Source: an uncultured Verrucomicrobiae bacterium (GTDB taxonomy: Bacteria; Verrucomicrobiota; Verrucomicrobiia; Verrucomicrobiales; Akkermansiaceae). Taken from it: a stretch of DNA of 64,000 bases. Position 1 is the stretch's first letter. Each line of letters opens with the position of its first letter. The notes under the pieces were generated by a model. That model worked only from the letters and a program-made list of their open reading frames with translations. It made no database searches and had not been told where the DNA came from. Of the stretch, positions 1 to 9,442 are shown in pieces. Made by a program: the position numbers and the translations under genes. Where the stretch lies: NCBI GenBank assembly GCA_963841745.1, contig CAWJDV010000012.1, positions 20,779 through 84,778 on the forward strand, given 5' to 3'.

Positions 1-1968
1 GACGACGGCAGAAATCCGCCCGACGACTCGAACATGGGAAAACGCCGCGAATTGCTCGCCCGGGTGATCAACGAGTTGGAAAAGTGGAGTTTCGATGAAG
101 AGCGTCCGCCGGTGATCAACATCACCATCGAAGGCGACGTCAACGTCCGGTCATCCATCACCGCGAAGATGTCCCTGCAAGTGCGGGACATGGAGAAAAA
201 CGGCCACCGGCTCGACGAGGTGAGCGCCGAGGCTGACATGTCCGGCGACATCCTCACCATCACCTCGCTCCGCGCCACTGACTCGCGGGGCGTTTTCCAA
301 GGCCACATCGACTACAACCTCGCAGGCCAGGGAGGGCCGCTTCGATGTCTTTTCCTCGCTGGAAGTCCCGCCAGCTTCTGACCGCTTGGGTGGGACTCCC
401 CGCTCTGCGGGACATGCAGATCCGTGGAAACCAGACACTCAGCGCCGAAGGAGAATTCCAGTTGGATGAGTTCAACGTGCCGCAGATTCCAAATGACCGG
501 CCACGCCCGCTGTGAATCGGTGAGACTCCGCGGGATGCCGTTCGATGCCGTGGAACTCGCCTTCTCGTGGCGGGAAAACCGCATTTATCTGCGGGATCTG
601 CATCTGATCCGGCCGGACGGAAAGGCCGAGGGCAAGGCGATGATCGAGTGGCCGCTGGTGCGACTGGAGCTTCACAGCACGTTGCCGGTCCCGGTTTATC
701 GACCGTTTTTCGTCGGGCCAGCCGTTGGGAAACGTGCTCAATGATTTCAGCGAACGCGAGGGAGCGGCGGTGGATGTTTTGCTGGAAGGCGGATTCGACC
801 TGACGAACCGGTTTGCCTGGGCCTACACCGGCTCCGGCTCCGTCAAGAACCTGAACTACAAGGGTGTCCCGGTGAATTCCGCAGGCTGCAAGTTCTCCCT
901 GAACCACCACGAACTTGATTTCCACGACGGCACGGTGGTCTTCAACTACTCGAAATACGCCCTCCACAAGACCTTCAACGGAGCGGTCGAAGGCACGGCG
1001 AAAGTCGGCAGGATCCGCTACGACGCGCCTAACAAGATCGTGGAGGTCGAGGACGTCCGCGGGACGATGTGGGCCGCGCCGATGGTCCGCTTCTTCGCCC
1101 CCAAGGTGGCGGATTCGCTCGAACAATACCGCTTCCACCAGCCGCCGGACATGAAAGCTTCCGGCGTGGTGGACGTCACGCCGCAGGGCCGCACGGCCTT
1201 GAACATTTCCTTCAGCTCGGAGCAGCCCGCGGACTACGTGTTTCTCGGGATCGAACCTGACGCTCGGAAGCCCCAGCGGACAGGTCGCCATCAATGGAGA
1301 ACGGGTGACCATCAGCAACCTGAAGCTCGACGCCTTCGACGGTCCCGTCGCCGGCGACATCGACTACCTCGGCGGCGGAAAACTGGCGGGTGAGCTGAGC
1401 TGGACCAAACTTTCCATCCCGGACCTGACCTCCGCTTACGGCTTCCAAATGAAGGGTGGGGGCACAGTCACCGGCCGGATCAACTTCTCGCTGAGTAGAC
1501 AGCAAGGTGGAAACCATGTCCGGAGCCGGCCTGCTTGCCTTGGAAAACGCCGAGCTGTTCTCGGTGCCGATGTTCGGCCCTCTCACCCCACTGGTCGGCG
1601 GCGTGCTGAACGATGAGAATGCCGGCGTCCAGCGGGCCAAGGACGCGTTCTGCACCTTCGAAATCGAAGACGGCGTCCTGAGCACCAACGATTTCCAGAC
1701 ATCCACCAACTCGCTGAACTTCGCCGGAAACGGTTCGGTGGACATGAAGGAACAGACGCTCGACATGACCATGCGGATGAACGCCCGGGGATTGCTAGGA
1801 ATCCTCACCCGGCCGCTGCGACCGTTTTCCGGACTCTTCCAGTTCCGCGGCACCGGGCCGCTCAAGGCCACGCAATGGGAGAGCATGAAGTTCACCGAAC
1901 CGCCGGAAACGGAGAACGAAATCCTGCTGACCCCGCCAAAAGCCAAGGTGATTCCCCCGGAACCATGA
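1..1968 (+). CDS. AsmA-like/TamB-YhdP-type periplasmic beta-taco protein, 5' truncated by the window edge and split by several frameshifts
   Basis: Consecutive overlapping ORFs 34-381, 424-744, 725-1393, 1305-1616 and 1507-1968 read as one amphipathic beta-rich protein. The C-terminal segment (FEIEDGVLSTNDFQTSTNSLNFAGNGSVDMKEQTLDMTMRMNARG) resembles AsmA-like C-termini. Confidence 0.65.
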
Positions 1969-2072
1969 TCCAAATTTTCAGAAGACACCGCTTGCGCTCG
2001 CCAACGGAAAGGTCTAATTTTTTCCACACCGATGAGTCATGAAGATTCATCGGAAACAGAAAGCCAAGCGCC

Positions 2073-2513
2073 ATGACCAATCCATTTTCAACCGCTAACA
2101 GTCTCGATCCGGAAGCCGGATTCACCCAGACCCCGTCCGTCGCCCAAGCCGCCAACGACCTGCGTGTCGCCGCCGGCGAAAAAGCCCGCGAATTCGTTCA
2201 CACGGCCGAGGAAAAGGCAGCCGCACTGAAGGATCGCGCGGTGGAGTCCGCCCAGCAGTTCCGTGATACCGCCACCGAGCGCGCCAGCCAGTTCAAGACC
2301 ATCGCCACGGAGAAAGCCACCGCTTTCAAGAGCGTCGCCACGGACAAGGCCCAACACCTCAAGGAAACCGCCACCGAACAGTGGCAGGACACCCGGGTGA
2401 AAGCCAAGGAACTGCACATCACTGCGGAGGATTACATCCGTCAGAATCCAACCAAATGCGTTCTCAGCGCTCTTGGAGCTGGATTCCTGATCGGCTTGAT
2501 CGTCCGTCGCTGA
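2073..2513 (+). CDS. DUF883/ElaB/YqjD family membrane-anchored ribosome-binding protein
   Basis: C-terminal EDYIRQNPTKCVLSALGAGFLIGLIVRR signature after a helical 11-aa repeat region. Confidence 0.85.
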   Translation: MTNPFSTANSLDPEAGFTQTPSVAQAANDLRVAAGEKAREFVHTAEEKAAALKDRAVESAQQFRDTATERASQFKTIATEKATAFKSVATDKAQHLKETATEQWQDTRVKAKELHITAEDYIRQNPTKCVLSALGAGFLIGLIVRR

Positions 2514-2552
2514 GACGCGACTGCCTGTGTCAGGTGATTTCCAAGTCGTCTC

Positions 2553-2992
2553 ATGAATCCATCATCTGACATTGGCCCGACAGGCTGTGGAAACGCTTCC
2601 GCGTCCGACACACCCCACCCGGATGCGCCGCGCGCCAACTGGCGCGAGGCGCTCGATGGGCCTGGTGGCGTCGCGCGTGGCGCTGATCCAACTGGAGTCC
2701 AAGGATGTCGCGCGAGGTGCTTCCAGACGCGCTGTCCTAGTCGCAGCCACCTGCGGCTGCGCTTTCGCAGCTTGGATGCTCCTGCTTGCGGCGGGAGTTT
2801 CCATCATTTCACAATCGACCGGCTGGCCTTGGAACTGGGTGGCCGTCGGACTCGCCGCCCTCCACCTGCTTGTCGGCGTCATTCTGGCCCAAGCGGCCAA
2901 GTCGGCGGGCACACCCACGTTTCCCGCCACCCGCGCTGAATTTCAAAAGGACCGAGAATGGATCGAAAACTTCAACAAAGCCGAAGAAATAG
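2553..2992 (+). CDS. YqjE/phage-holin-like (Phage_holin_3_6) membrane protein, frameshifted
   Basis: NWREAL...LVASRVALIQLESKD, two TM helices, then PTFPATRAEFQKDREWI. Typical position after DUF883. Indels near 2660 and 2975. Confidence 0.7.
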
Positions 2993-3358
2993 AGCGTCTG
3001 ATTCGCCTCAGCGAGACAGCCCGCTCCAGCTCTGGAGGTCGAGGCGGTTTCCATCAGGCAGCGCTTCGATATTCCCACACGTCTCAAGGATTCCCTCAAG
3101 CAGCATCCCACGGGATGGCTTGTCGGATCATTGGTTTCCGGGTTGGCTGCCAGCATGCTTTTCACCCGCAAGGCACCCGTCCGGGAGAAAAAGAACCGGG
3201 GTTTGCCACTCACCTTGCTCGGTCTCTCCTTGACCGCTGTCCGCCCAATCGCAAAAGTCTGGCTAACCGACCAAGTGAAACAATACTTTTCGGCACACCG
3301 CACGGACTCGGCGACAATCCCTCCGCAGCCACGGCCTCCTTCCACACCCCATATCTAA
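2958..3358 (+). CDS. YqjK-like hypothetical membrane protein, frameshifted
   Basis: Reconstructed MDRKL..KAEEIERLIRLSETARS..IRQRFDIPTRLKDSLKQHPTGWLVGSLVSGLAASMLF; third gene of a yqjD-E-K-like cluster. Confidence 0.55.
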
Positions 3359-3370
3359 GAAGCCCATCCC

Positions 3371-4455
3371 ATGTCTGTACACCAGGTTCTGGATCACGTT
3401 GATCAATACCTCCAACTCGGTCGCGAATACGACTGCTCCGATCTTCACCTCCCCACGGCCTACCCTCCGGCATGGAGACGCTTCGGGCAGCTCTCGCCGA
3501 TCTGGGAGGACCACCAACCGCTGACCTCGGCAGGACACCGAGCGGCTCGCAAGATCCTTCCTCGGACCGAAGGAATGGGAGCGGCTCCAAAAACAAGGGG
3601 ATATCGATTTCGCCTACTCCGCGCCGAACGGCCGCTACCGCGCCTCCGTGGTCAAGCAGCGGCTCGGCTACGACATGGCCTTCCGGATCATCAACGACAA
3701 GATCAAGATCACTCGAAGACATCGGTCTGCCGCTCGAACACATCCTGCCCCTCACCCGCTATCAGAACGGTCTCGTCCTCGTCACCGGATCCGTCGGTTC
3801 AGGCAAATCCACCACCCTCGCCGCGCTGGTCGATTTCATCAACCGCGACCGCGAGGACCACATCCTCACCCTCGAGGACCCCATCGAGTACGTCTTCGAA
3901 TCCAAAGGCTGCCACGTCAACCAACGCGAGGTCCACAAACACACCGAATCCTTCGCCCGCGCCCTCCGCGGCGCGCTGCGGGAAGATCCGGACGTCATCA
4001 TGGTCGGTGAAATGCGCGACCTCGAAACCATCCAGCTCGCCCTCACCGCCGCGGAAACGGGCCACTTGGTGCTCGGCACCCTTCACACCGGCAACGCCCC
4101 GCGGACGCTGGACCGGGTGCTCGACGTGTTCCCCACCGACCAGCGCGACCAGATCCGCATCATGGTCTCCGAATCCCTCCGCGGCATCCTTTCCCAACAG
4201 CTCGTCCCCCGCGCCGATGGCAACGGCCGCGTGCTCGCACTCGAACTGCTGGTGAACACCCCGGCCGTCTCCAACTGCATCCGCGAGGGAAAAACCTTCA
4301 TGCTTCCCGGCGTCATGCAGACCGGTAAAAACGTCGGCATGATCACCATGGACGAGTCACTCCGCCAACTCTACGTCAAGGGCCTCATCTCCAGCGAGGA
4401 AACCCTCTTCCGCTCGGATGACAAAAACCAGATGAAGGCGTTTTTCGAATCCTAA
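3371..4455 (+). CDS. pilT: Type IV pilus retraction ATPase, PilT/PilU family, with frameshifts in the 5' part
   Basis: SDLHL N-terminal motif, Walker A VTGSVGSGKSTT, TLEDPIE, ALREDPDVIMVGEMRD, AETGHLVLGTLH. Indels between about 3530 and 3710. Confidence 0.9.
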
Positions 4456-4457
4456 CC

Positions 4458-4480
4458 AACGCAGGCATTCCTCCCGCGTT
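4458..4480 (+). repeat. Degenerate REP-like palindrome
   Basis: aacgcaggcattcctcccgcgtt shares the caggcattcct core with the copies at 26713, 29395 and 37913 and starts 2 nt after the pilT stop. Confidence 0.45.
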
Positions 4481-4519
4481 CCCTCTGACCCAACCCACGA
4501 ATTTCCTTCTACTCTTCAA

Positions 4520-5629
4520 ATGGCCAAGATCGACACCCTTTTCCGCTACCTGATTGCCAACAAAGGATCAGACCTTCACTTGTCCGAAGGCCAGGTGCCG
4601 AAAATCCGCGTTCACGGGGCGGTCACCCCCATCCCCGATCAGGAAGTCCTCGCGGGCGAGTCCTTCAAACAACTGCTTGCTGAAATCTGCGACGCCCAAG
4701 CCTTCGAGCGCTATCTCGAAGGCGGCGATCTCGACTTCGCCTATGAAATGGACGAGGACTCCCGTTTCCGCTGCAACTATCTGAAGCAGCAAAACGGCCT
4801 GGGTGCCGTGTTCCGGCTCATCCCCACGGAAATCGCCTCGCTGGAAAGCCTCGGCGTGCCGAATGTCGTCAAGGAGTTCGGCCACATGCGCGCCGGTCTC
4901 GTGCTCGTCACCGGTCCGACCGGATCCGGCAAGTCCACCACGCTCGCCGCGCTGCTCGACTACATCAACATCAACTTCAACCGCCACATCATCACGGTTG
5001 AGGAGCCCATCGAGTTCGTCCACAGCAACAAAAAATCCATCATCACCCAGCGCGAAGTTCCCATCCAGACCCCATCGTTCGCGGACGGGCTGCGCGCGGC
5101 CCTGCGGGAGGACTCGGACATCGTGCTCGTCGGAGAAATGCGCGACCTGGAAACCATCTCACTCGCCCTCACCGCTGCGGAAACCGGCCTGCTCGTCTTC
5201 GGCACCCTGCACACCAACAACGCCCGCAAGACCGTTGACCGGATCATCGACGTGTTCCCCGCAAACCAGCAATCGCAGGTTCGCACCATGCTCGCCGCCT
5301 CGCTCCGCGGCGTCGTCGCGCAGCTGCTCTGCAAGCGCATCGACAAACCCGGCCGGACCGCCGTCCACGAAATCATGTTCGCCACCCCCGCCGTGGCCGC
5401 CATCATCCGGGAAGGTGCCACCCAGAAACTCTACGACGTCATCACCGGCGGTAAAAACGAAGGCATGCAGTTCATGGACGAGTCGATCTGGTCGAAACTC
5501 CGCGAAGGCATGATTTCACCGGAAGAAGCCTACATGAAGGCCATCGACAAGACGCGCTTCAAAAAATACCTGCCGGAAAACCTCTCCCACCTGGGAGACG
5601 CGTCCGGCGAGAGTCCGCTCACGCACTGA
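4520..5629 (+). CDS. pilT: Type IV pilus twitching motility ATPase PilT
   Basis: GSDLHL, VTGPTGSGKSTT, ALREDSDIVLVGEMRD, AETGLLVFGTLH, AIIREG; intact ORF. Confidence 0.95.
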   Translation: MAKIDTLFRYLIANKGSDLHLSEGQVPKIRVHGAVTPIPDQEVLAGESFKQLLAEICDAQAFERYLEGGDLDFAYEMDEDSRFRCNYLKQQNGLGAVFRLIPTEIASLESLGVPNVVKEFGHMRAGLVLVTGPTGSGKSTTLAALLDYININFNRHIITVEEPIEFVHSNKKSIITQREVPIQTPSFADGLRAALREDSDIVLVGEMRDLETISLALTAAETGLLVFGTLHTNNARKTVDRIIDVFPANQQSQVRTMLAASLRGVVAQLLCKRIDKPGRTAVHEIMFATPAVAAIIREGATQKLYDVITGGKNEGMQFMDESIWSKLREGMISPEEAYMKAIDKTRFKKYLPENLSHLGDASGESPLTH

Positions 5630-5641
5630 AAAGCGCGTGAT

Positions 5642-5938
5642 GATGCCCGATGACCAGGCTCCTTCCGCAAACCTTGAATTGGGTTCACTTTCAGTGTGAT
5701 TGCGTTCGCCCTGATTTACGGTTGCAAATATCCGCCTGACGAAACCTAATAATGCTACGATATCCAGGGGCACCCGACGGAAGGCGTCATCATCATATAT
5801 CAATAGGGCTTCGCCAATTACTATAAAAGCGAAGTCAACTGCCCGGTCAGTGACGCGGCGACAAAAGTTTTCCTTGATCTCGACGACGATACTCCTTGCG
5901 GGCTGATCAGTGGTTTCTCATGTGTCTACTCTCCCAAA
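5642..5938 (+). pseudogene. Decayed gene remnant in frame with the downstream transposase
   Basis: Lower-GC frame reads IGFTFSVIAFALIYGCKYPPDET**CYDIQGHPTEGVIIIYQ*GFANYYKSEVN...; protein-like sequence interrupted only by stop codons and continuous with ORF 5939. Confidence 0.45.
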
Positions 5939-7087
5939 TTGCGAAACCGAGATGTCGGCATCGGAGAGCGCAGGCATGAAGGCCAGCCGGTTCCGGACGT
6001 GGCGGTGTATTTCGACGAGTGCAATAACAAGATCTATCTCAAGGACGCCACCGCTGATCCGGTGATCTTTCACTGCGTCTCGCGGGTCGTGGACCGGCGG
6101 TTCGTGTTTGCGGAGCGGGAATGCGAGGCGTTCCGGATGTTCCTGCGGATGTATGAGAATTTCTCGGGCTGCCGGGTTTTGTCTTACTGCATCATGTCCA
6201 ACCACTTCCACCTGCTGTTGGAAGTACCGCCGATGGCAGGGGGCGGGCTTTCCGACGAGGTGCTGCTGCGACGCCTTGCCGCACTCTACTCGGATGCGTT
6301 CGTGGCCGGGGTGGCGGTAGAGTTGGTGGAAGCACGGAAATCCGGGGCCGAAGGCGGAGCTGCGGAGATTCATGCCCGTTTCGCCTACCGGATGCATGAT
6401 TTGAGCGAGTTTATGAAGGGCCTGCTGATCCGCTTCACGCGTTGGTTCAATCGGACCCACGCCCGCACGGGAACACTGTGGGAGGAACGTTTCAAAAGCG
6501 TGATCGTGGAAAGCGGCGTGGCGGCACGGACGATCTCGGCTTACATTGATCTCAATCCGGTGCGGGCCGGAATGGTGAAGGATCCGGCGGATTATCGCTG
6601 GAGCAGTTATGGCGAAGCGGTGGGCGGCGGAACGAAGGGCAATGGGAAAAAAGCCCGCGAAGGCTTGGTGAGAGCGTATTTTTGCGATCAGGGCGTGGGA
6701 TTGGAAGCGGAGAAATGGCCGGAGGTGTCGCGATTATACCGGCGGCTGATGGGACTGGCCCTGCTGAAAAAGTCGGGCCGCACGGAAATGTCACCATCTG
6801 CAAAAGGGCTTGGCCAGAGCACGAGGAACACGGCGGAAATGCTGGCGAGCGGCGACAACGAAACCGTTTTGAAGGATCTAGGACTGGCGAAAATGCTGCA
6901 TTGCCGGGTGCGCTATTTCACGGATGGCGCGGTGATCGGCAGCAAGGAGTTTGTAAACGAGGCGTTTGCGAGCGCGCGGGAGCGATTCGGCCCCAAGAGG
7001 AAGGACGGAGCCCGGGTGATGAAAGGCAGCGGCAGCGGCGCGAAGGGAGTGCTGTGGAGCTTGCGGGATCTGCGGGTCGGGATTTGA
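5939..7087 (+). mobile_element. HUH/Y1 tyrosine transposase, RAYT-like (REP-associated, IS200/IS605 superfamily)
   Basis: FHCVSRVVDR, YCIMSNHFHLLL (HUH motif), GTLWEERFKS, AYIDLNPVRAGMVKDPADYRWSSY (catalytic Tyr region). Confidence 0.9.
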
Positions 7088-7233
7088 TTTGGATTTTTGG
7101 CAGAGGTCTGCCGGCGAGGGTATCCATGTTATCTGGATCTTGATGGATTTCACGACCGGCCGGATAGTTCTGAGTTTTCGTTGACTCGATCGATCGGGAG
7201 AATTTGGCGTTTCATTGGCTTCTCGCATCGCGG

Positions 7234-7255
7234 GTGGACTGAAAGTCCGCGGTTC
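7234..7255 (+). repeat. Short REP-like hairpin downstream of the RAYT-like gene
   Basis: gtggact-gaa-agtccgc(ggttc): imperfect palindrome about 150 nt after the transposase stop. Confidence 0.4.
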
Positions 7256-7414
7256 GAGAGAGGGTTTTGCCGCGGCGCTCAATCCCGAAAAACCTGAAGT
7301 ACCAGCGACCGATGCCAAACCAGTTGCTCTGAAAGGCATGAAACTAATATCAATTCAAGCGACGGCGGACAAAATCATCGTGAGACCAATTGCAATCCCA
7401 CCGGGCAGGGGCCT

Positions 7415-7458
7415 TAAAATGACCACGGGCGCCGGATCCCTATTTCCGACGCCCGTGG
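7415..7458 (-). terminator. Hairpin or intrinsic terminator on the minus strand
   Basis: ccacgggcgccgga (7423-7436) pairs with tccgacgcccgtgg (7445-7458); on the minus strand it is followed by tcatttt. Confidence 0.55.
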
Positions 7459-7564
7459 GCCCTTTGGGGGGCGCCCTTCTTAGGGGCTGTTGTGCTATCC
7501 CTTACGCCACTGAGGATGCCACAATTCGGCCGCATCTCCATACCGTGATCGCGTAGGGATCGGG

Positions 7565-8869
7565 TTAGATCCGCCCCGCCGCCTTGATGTCGAAATAGCG
7601 GTTCGCCAGCGCCACGGCAAATCCCTGAGCTGTCGAATCGAGCGTCAGCACCCCGAGCGCTCCCAAGGTTGCCAAAACTTCCCGCCGCTCCTGGATATAA
7701 CGGTCTGCCGCCAGAAAGGTCAGCGCGGAGGAAAACGAAGTCACTGGATCCGCGATGGCATCCTCCACCGTCCTCTCGCGCATGCTGGCGAGCAGCACCA
7801 GATGCCGCGACTTGAGCACTTGCAGCGCCGGCACCAACTCCTTGCCATCCTCGCCCCGCAGGTTCGTGAGTAGAATCACCAGCGAGCGACGCCGCTGGCG
7901 GATCATCAACTGCTCCACCGCTCCGCTGAAATCACTCGGCGCGGCCGTGGTCTGATAGTCGTAAAGATGGTTGAGTAACACCGGCATCGCGTGCGAACCC
8001 TTGACCGGCGGCAGCCAGCGGTCCGATCCGCCGAAGGATTTCACCGCGACTTGATCGCCCTGCCGCAGTGCCAGATGCGAGACGAGCAGGATCGCGTTTA
8101 AAATGTGATCGAACTGTGGCAGCCCGCCGTCGAGCGCGCGCATCCGGCGGCCGGTATCCAGCAGGAAAACCACCGACTGGTTCCGCTGTTCCTGATAGTC
8201 GCGGCTGATGAGCATCTGCCGCCGGGACGTCGCCTTCCAGTCGATTTGCGCCAGCGGGTCGCCGTCGCGGTAGTCGCGGAGCTGATGGAAATCCCGGCTC
8301 GAGCCCGGGTGCGGGCGGCGTACGATGCCCATCGGGCTCTCGCGATGCTGCATGGCGAGCAGGGCGAAACGCACCACCGGCTCATAGTTCGGATAGACCT
8401 TCACCGTTTCCGGGGAAAGATGCCGGGTTTTTCTCGCCCACAGTCCCAGCGGTGAAATCCGGCGCACCTGCACCGGCCCGAACACCGCCTCCCCTCGCTG
8501 CGACAGTGTCACCGGATGAAACACCCGGATTTCACGATTCGGCGGCACTTCTCCGCACCACGGCAGCGTCGGAGCATCCGCCCTTTGCGGAATCCCGTCG
8601 AAGACTTCCAGCTTCGCCAACTGGCCACCCTCATTGCGCAAAATCAACCTCACCTCGCCGCTCTCGCCCAAGGCGAACCGCCCTGGCAGACGCCGCAGCA
8701 CTTCGATGGGCCGGCGCATCCCGGCGAGCACGGCATCCACCGCCACCACCACCAGCACTCCCAGTCCCAGCCACCACCAAGGCGGGATCAGCGACGGAAC
8801 CGTGACCGCGACAAGGGCGAGCAGCAGCCAGACCAAGGTCCATTTCAGCAATCGGGAGGTGGGGCTCAT
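7565..8869 (-). CDS. DUF58 domain (vWA-like, MoxR-associated) membrane protein
   Basis: N-terminal TM helices, DFHQLRDYRDGDPLAQIDWKATSR, VVFLLDTGRRM. Confidence 0.9.
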   Translation of the reverse strand: MSPTSRLLKWTLVWLLLALVAVTVPSLIPPWWWLGLGVLVVVAVDAVLAGMRRPIEVLRRLPGRFALGESGEVRLILRNEGGQLAKLEVFDGIPQRADAPTLPWCGEVPPNREIRVFHPVTLSQRGEAVFGPVQVRRISPLGLWARKTRHLSPETVKVYPNYEPVVRFALLAMQHRESPMGIVRRPHPGSSRDFHQLRDYRDGDPLAQIDWKATSRRQMLISRDYQEQRNQSVVFLLDTGRRMRALDGGLPQFDHILNAILLVSHLALRQGDQVAVKSFGGSDRWLPPVKGSHAMPVLLNHLYDYQTTAAPSDFSGAVEQLMIRQRRRSLVILLTNLRGEDGKELVPALQVLKSRHLVLLASMRERTVEDAIADPVTSFSSALTFLAADRYIQERREVLATLGALGVLTLDSTAQGFAVALANRYFDIKAAGRI

Positions 8870-8949
8870 TCCATGGGATTTCCGGCTACCCGACGTTCTG
8901 CCGGATCACCCTCTCAGGTCAAAGGTCGAATCGCACCAACGATCGATTT

Positions 8950-9192
8950 TCAATACCGCCTGCGGACCAGCAGGAAACAGCCGATCGATCCCACCATCAG
9001 TGCCCACGAGGACGGCTCGGGAATCGGATCCACCGCGAAACGGGGTGAGTCCGCGTCGCTTTCCCCTCCAGATGTCAGCACCGCTGCGGGAGCGAGACCG
9101 ATGGCGGAAAATTCCGGCAGCCTCTCGGCAGCGGGTGACAAACTCAAGGGTGTGACAAGCAGCACCATGCAAAAAAGGGACCTGAACTTCAT
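8950..9192 (-). CDS. Very small PEP-CTERM protein (80 aa)
   Basis: Signal peptide MKFRSLFCMVLLVTPLSLSPA and C-terminal IPEPSSWALMVGSIGCFLLVRRRY. Confidence 0.8.
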   Translation of the reverse strand: MKFRSLFCMVLLVTPLSLSPAAERLPEFSAIGLAPAAVLTSGGESDADSPRFAVDPIPEPSSWALMVGSIGCFLLVRRRY

Positions 9193-9227
9193 GGGACTTG
9201 AAGGTTGGTTTTGTAACACAACAGCAG

Positions 9228-9258
9228 ATGTTTAATAAATAGATCTCCCGATTGTCAA
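9228..9258 (-). promoter_or_regulatory. Possible sigma-70-type promoter for the small PEP-CTERM gene
   Basis: Minus strand TTGACA at 9258-9253 followed by AT-rich tatttattaaacat; the -10 spacing is not canonical. Confidence 0.3.
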
Positions 9259-9442
9259 TTTTTACAAAATATTTTTGAACAAAATCCTGAGAGCGTAATC
9301 CACCCTCTCCAACTACAAAAAAATAGAAACGCAGTAACGGCCCCTTGGGAACCGCGTGGTGACGAGTTGACCGGTTTTCCTGTCAGATTTCCTTGCCAGT
9401 CCGGCCGATACTTGAGAGGGCGGGAATACCAGTCAGCTCAAA

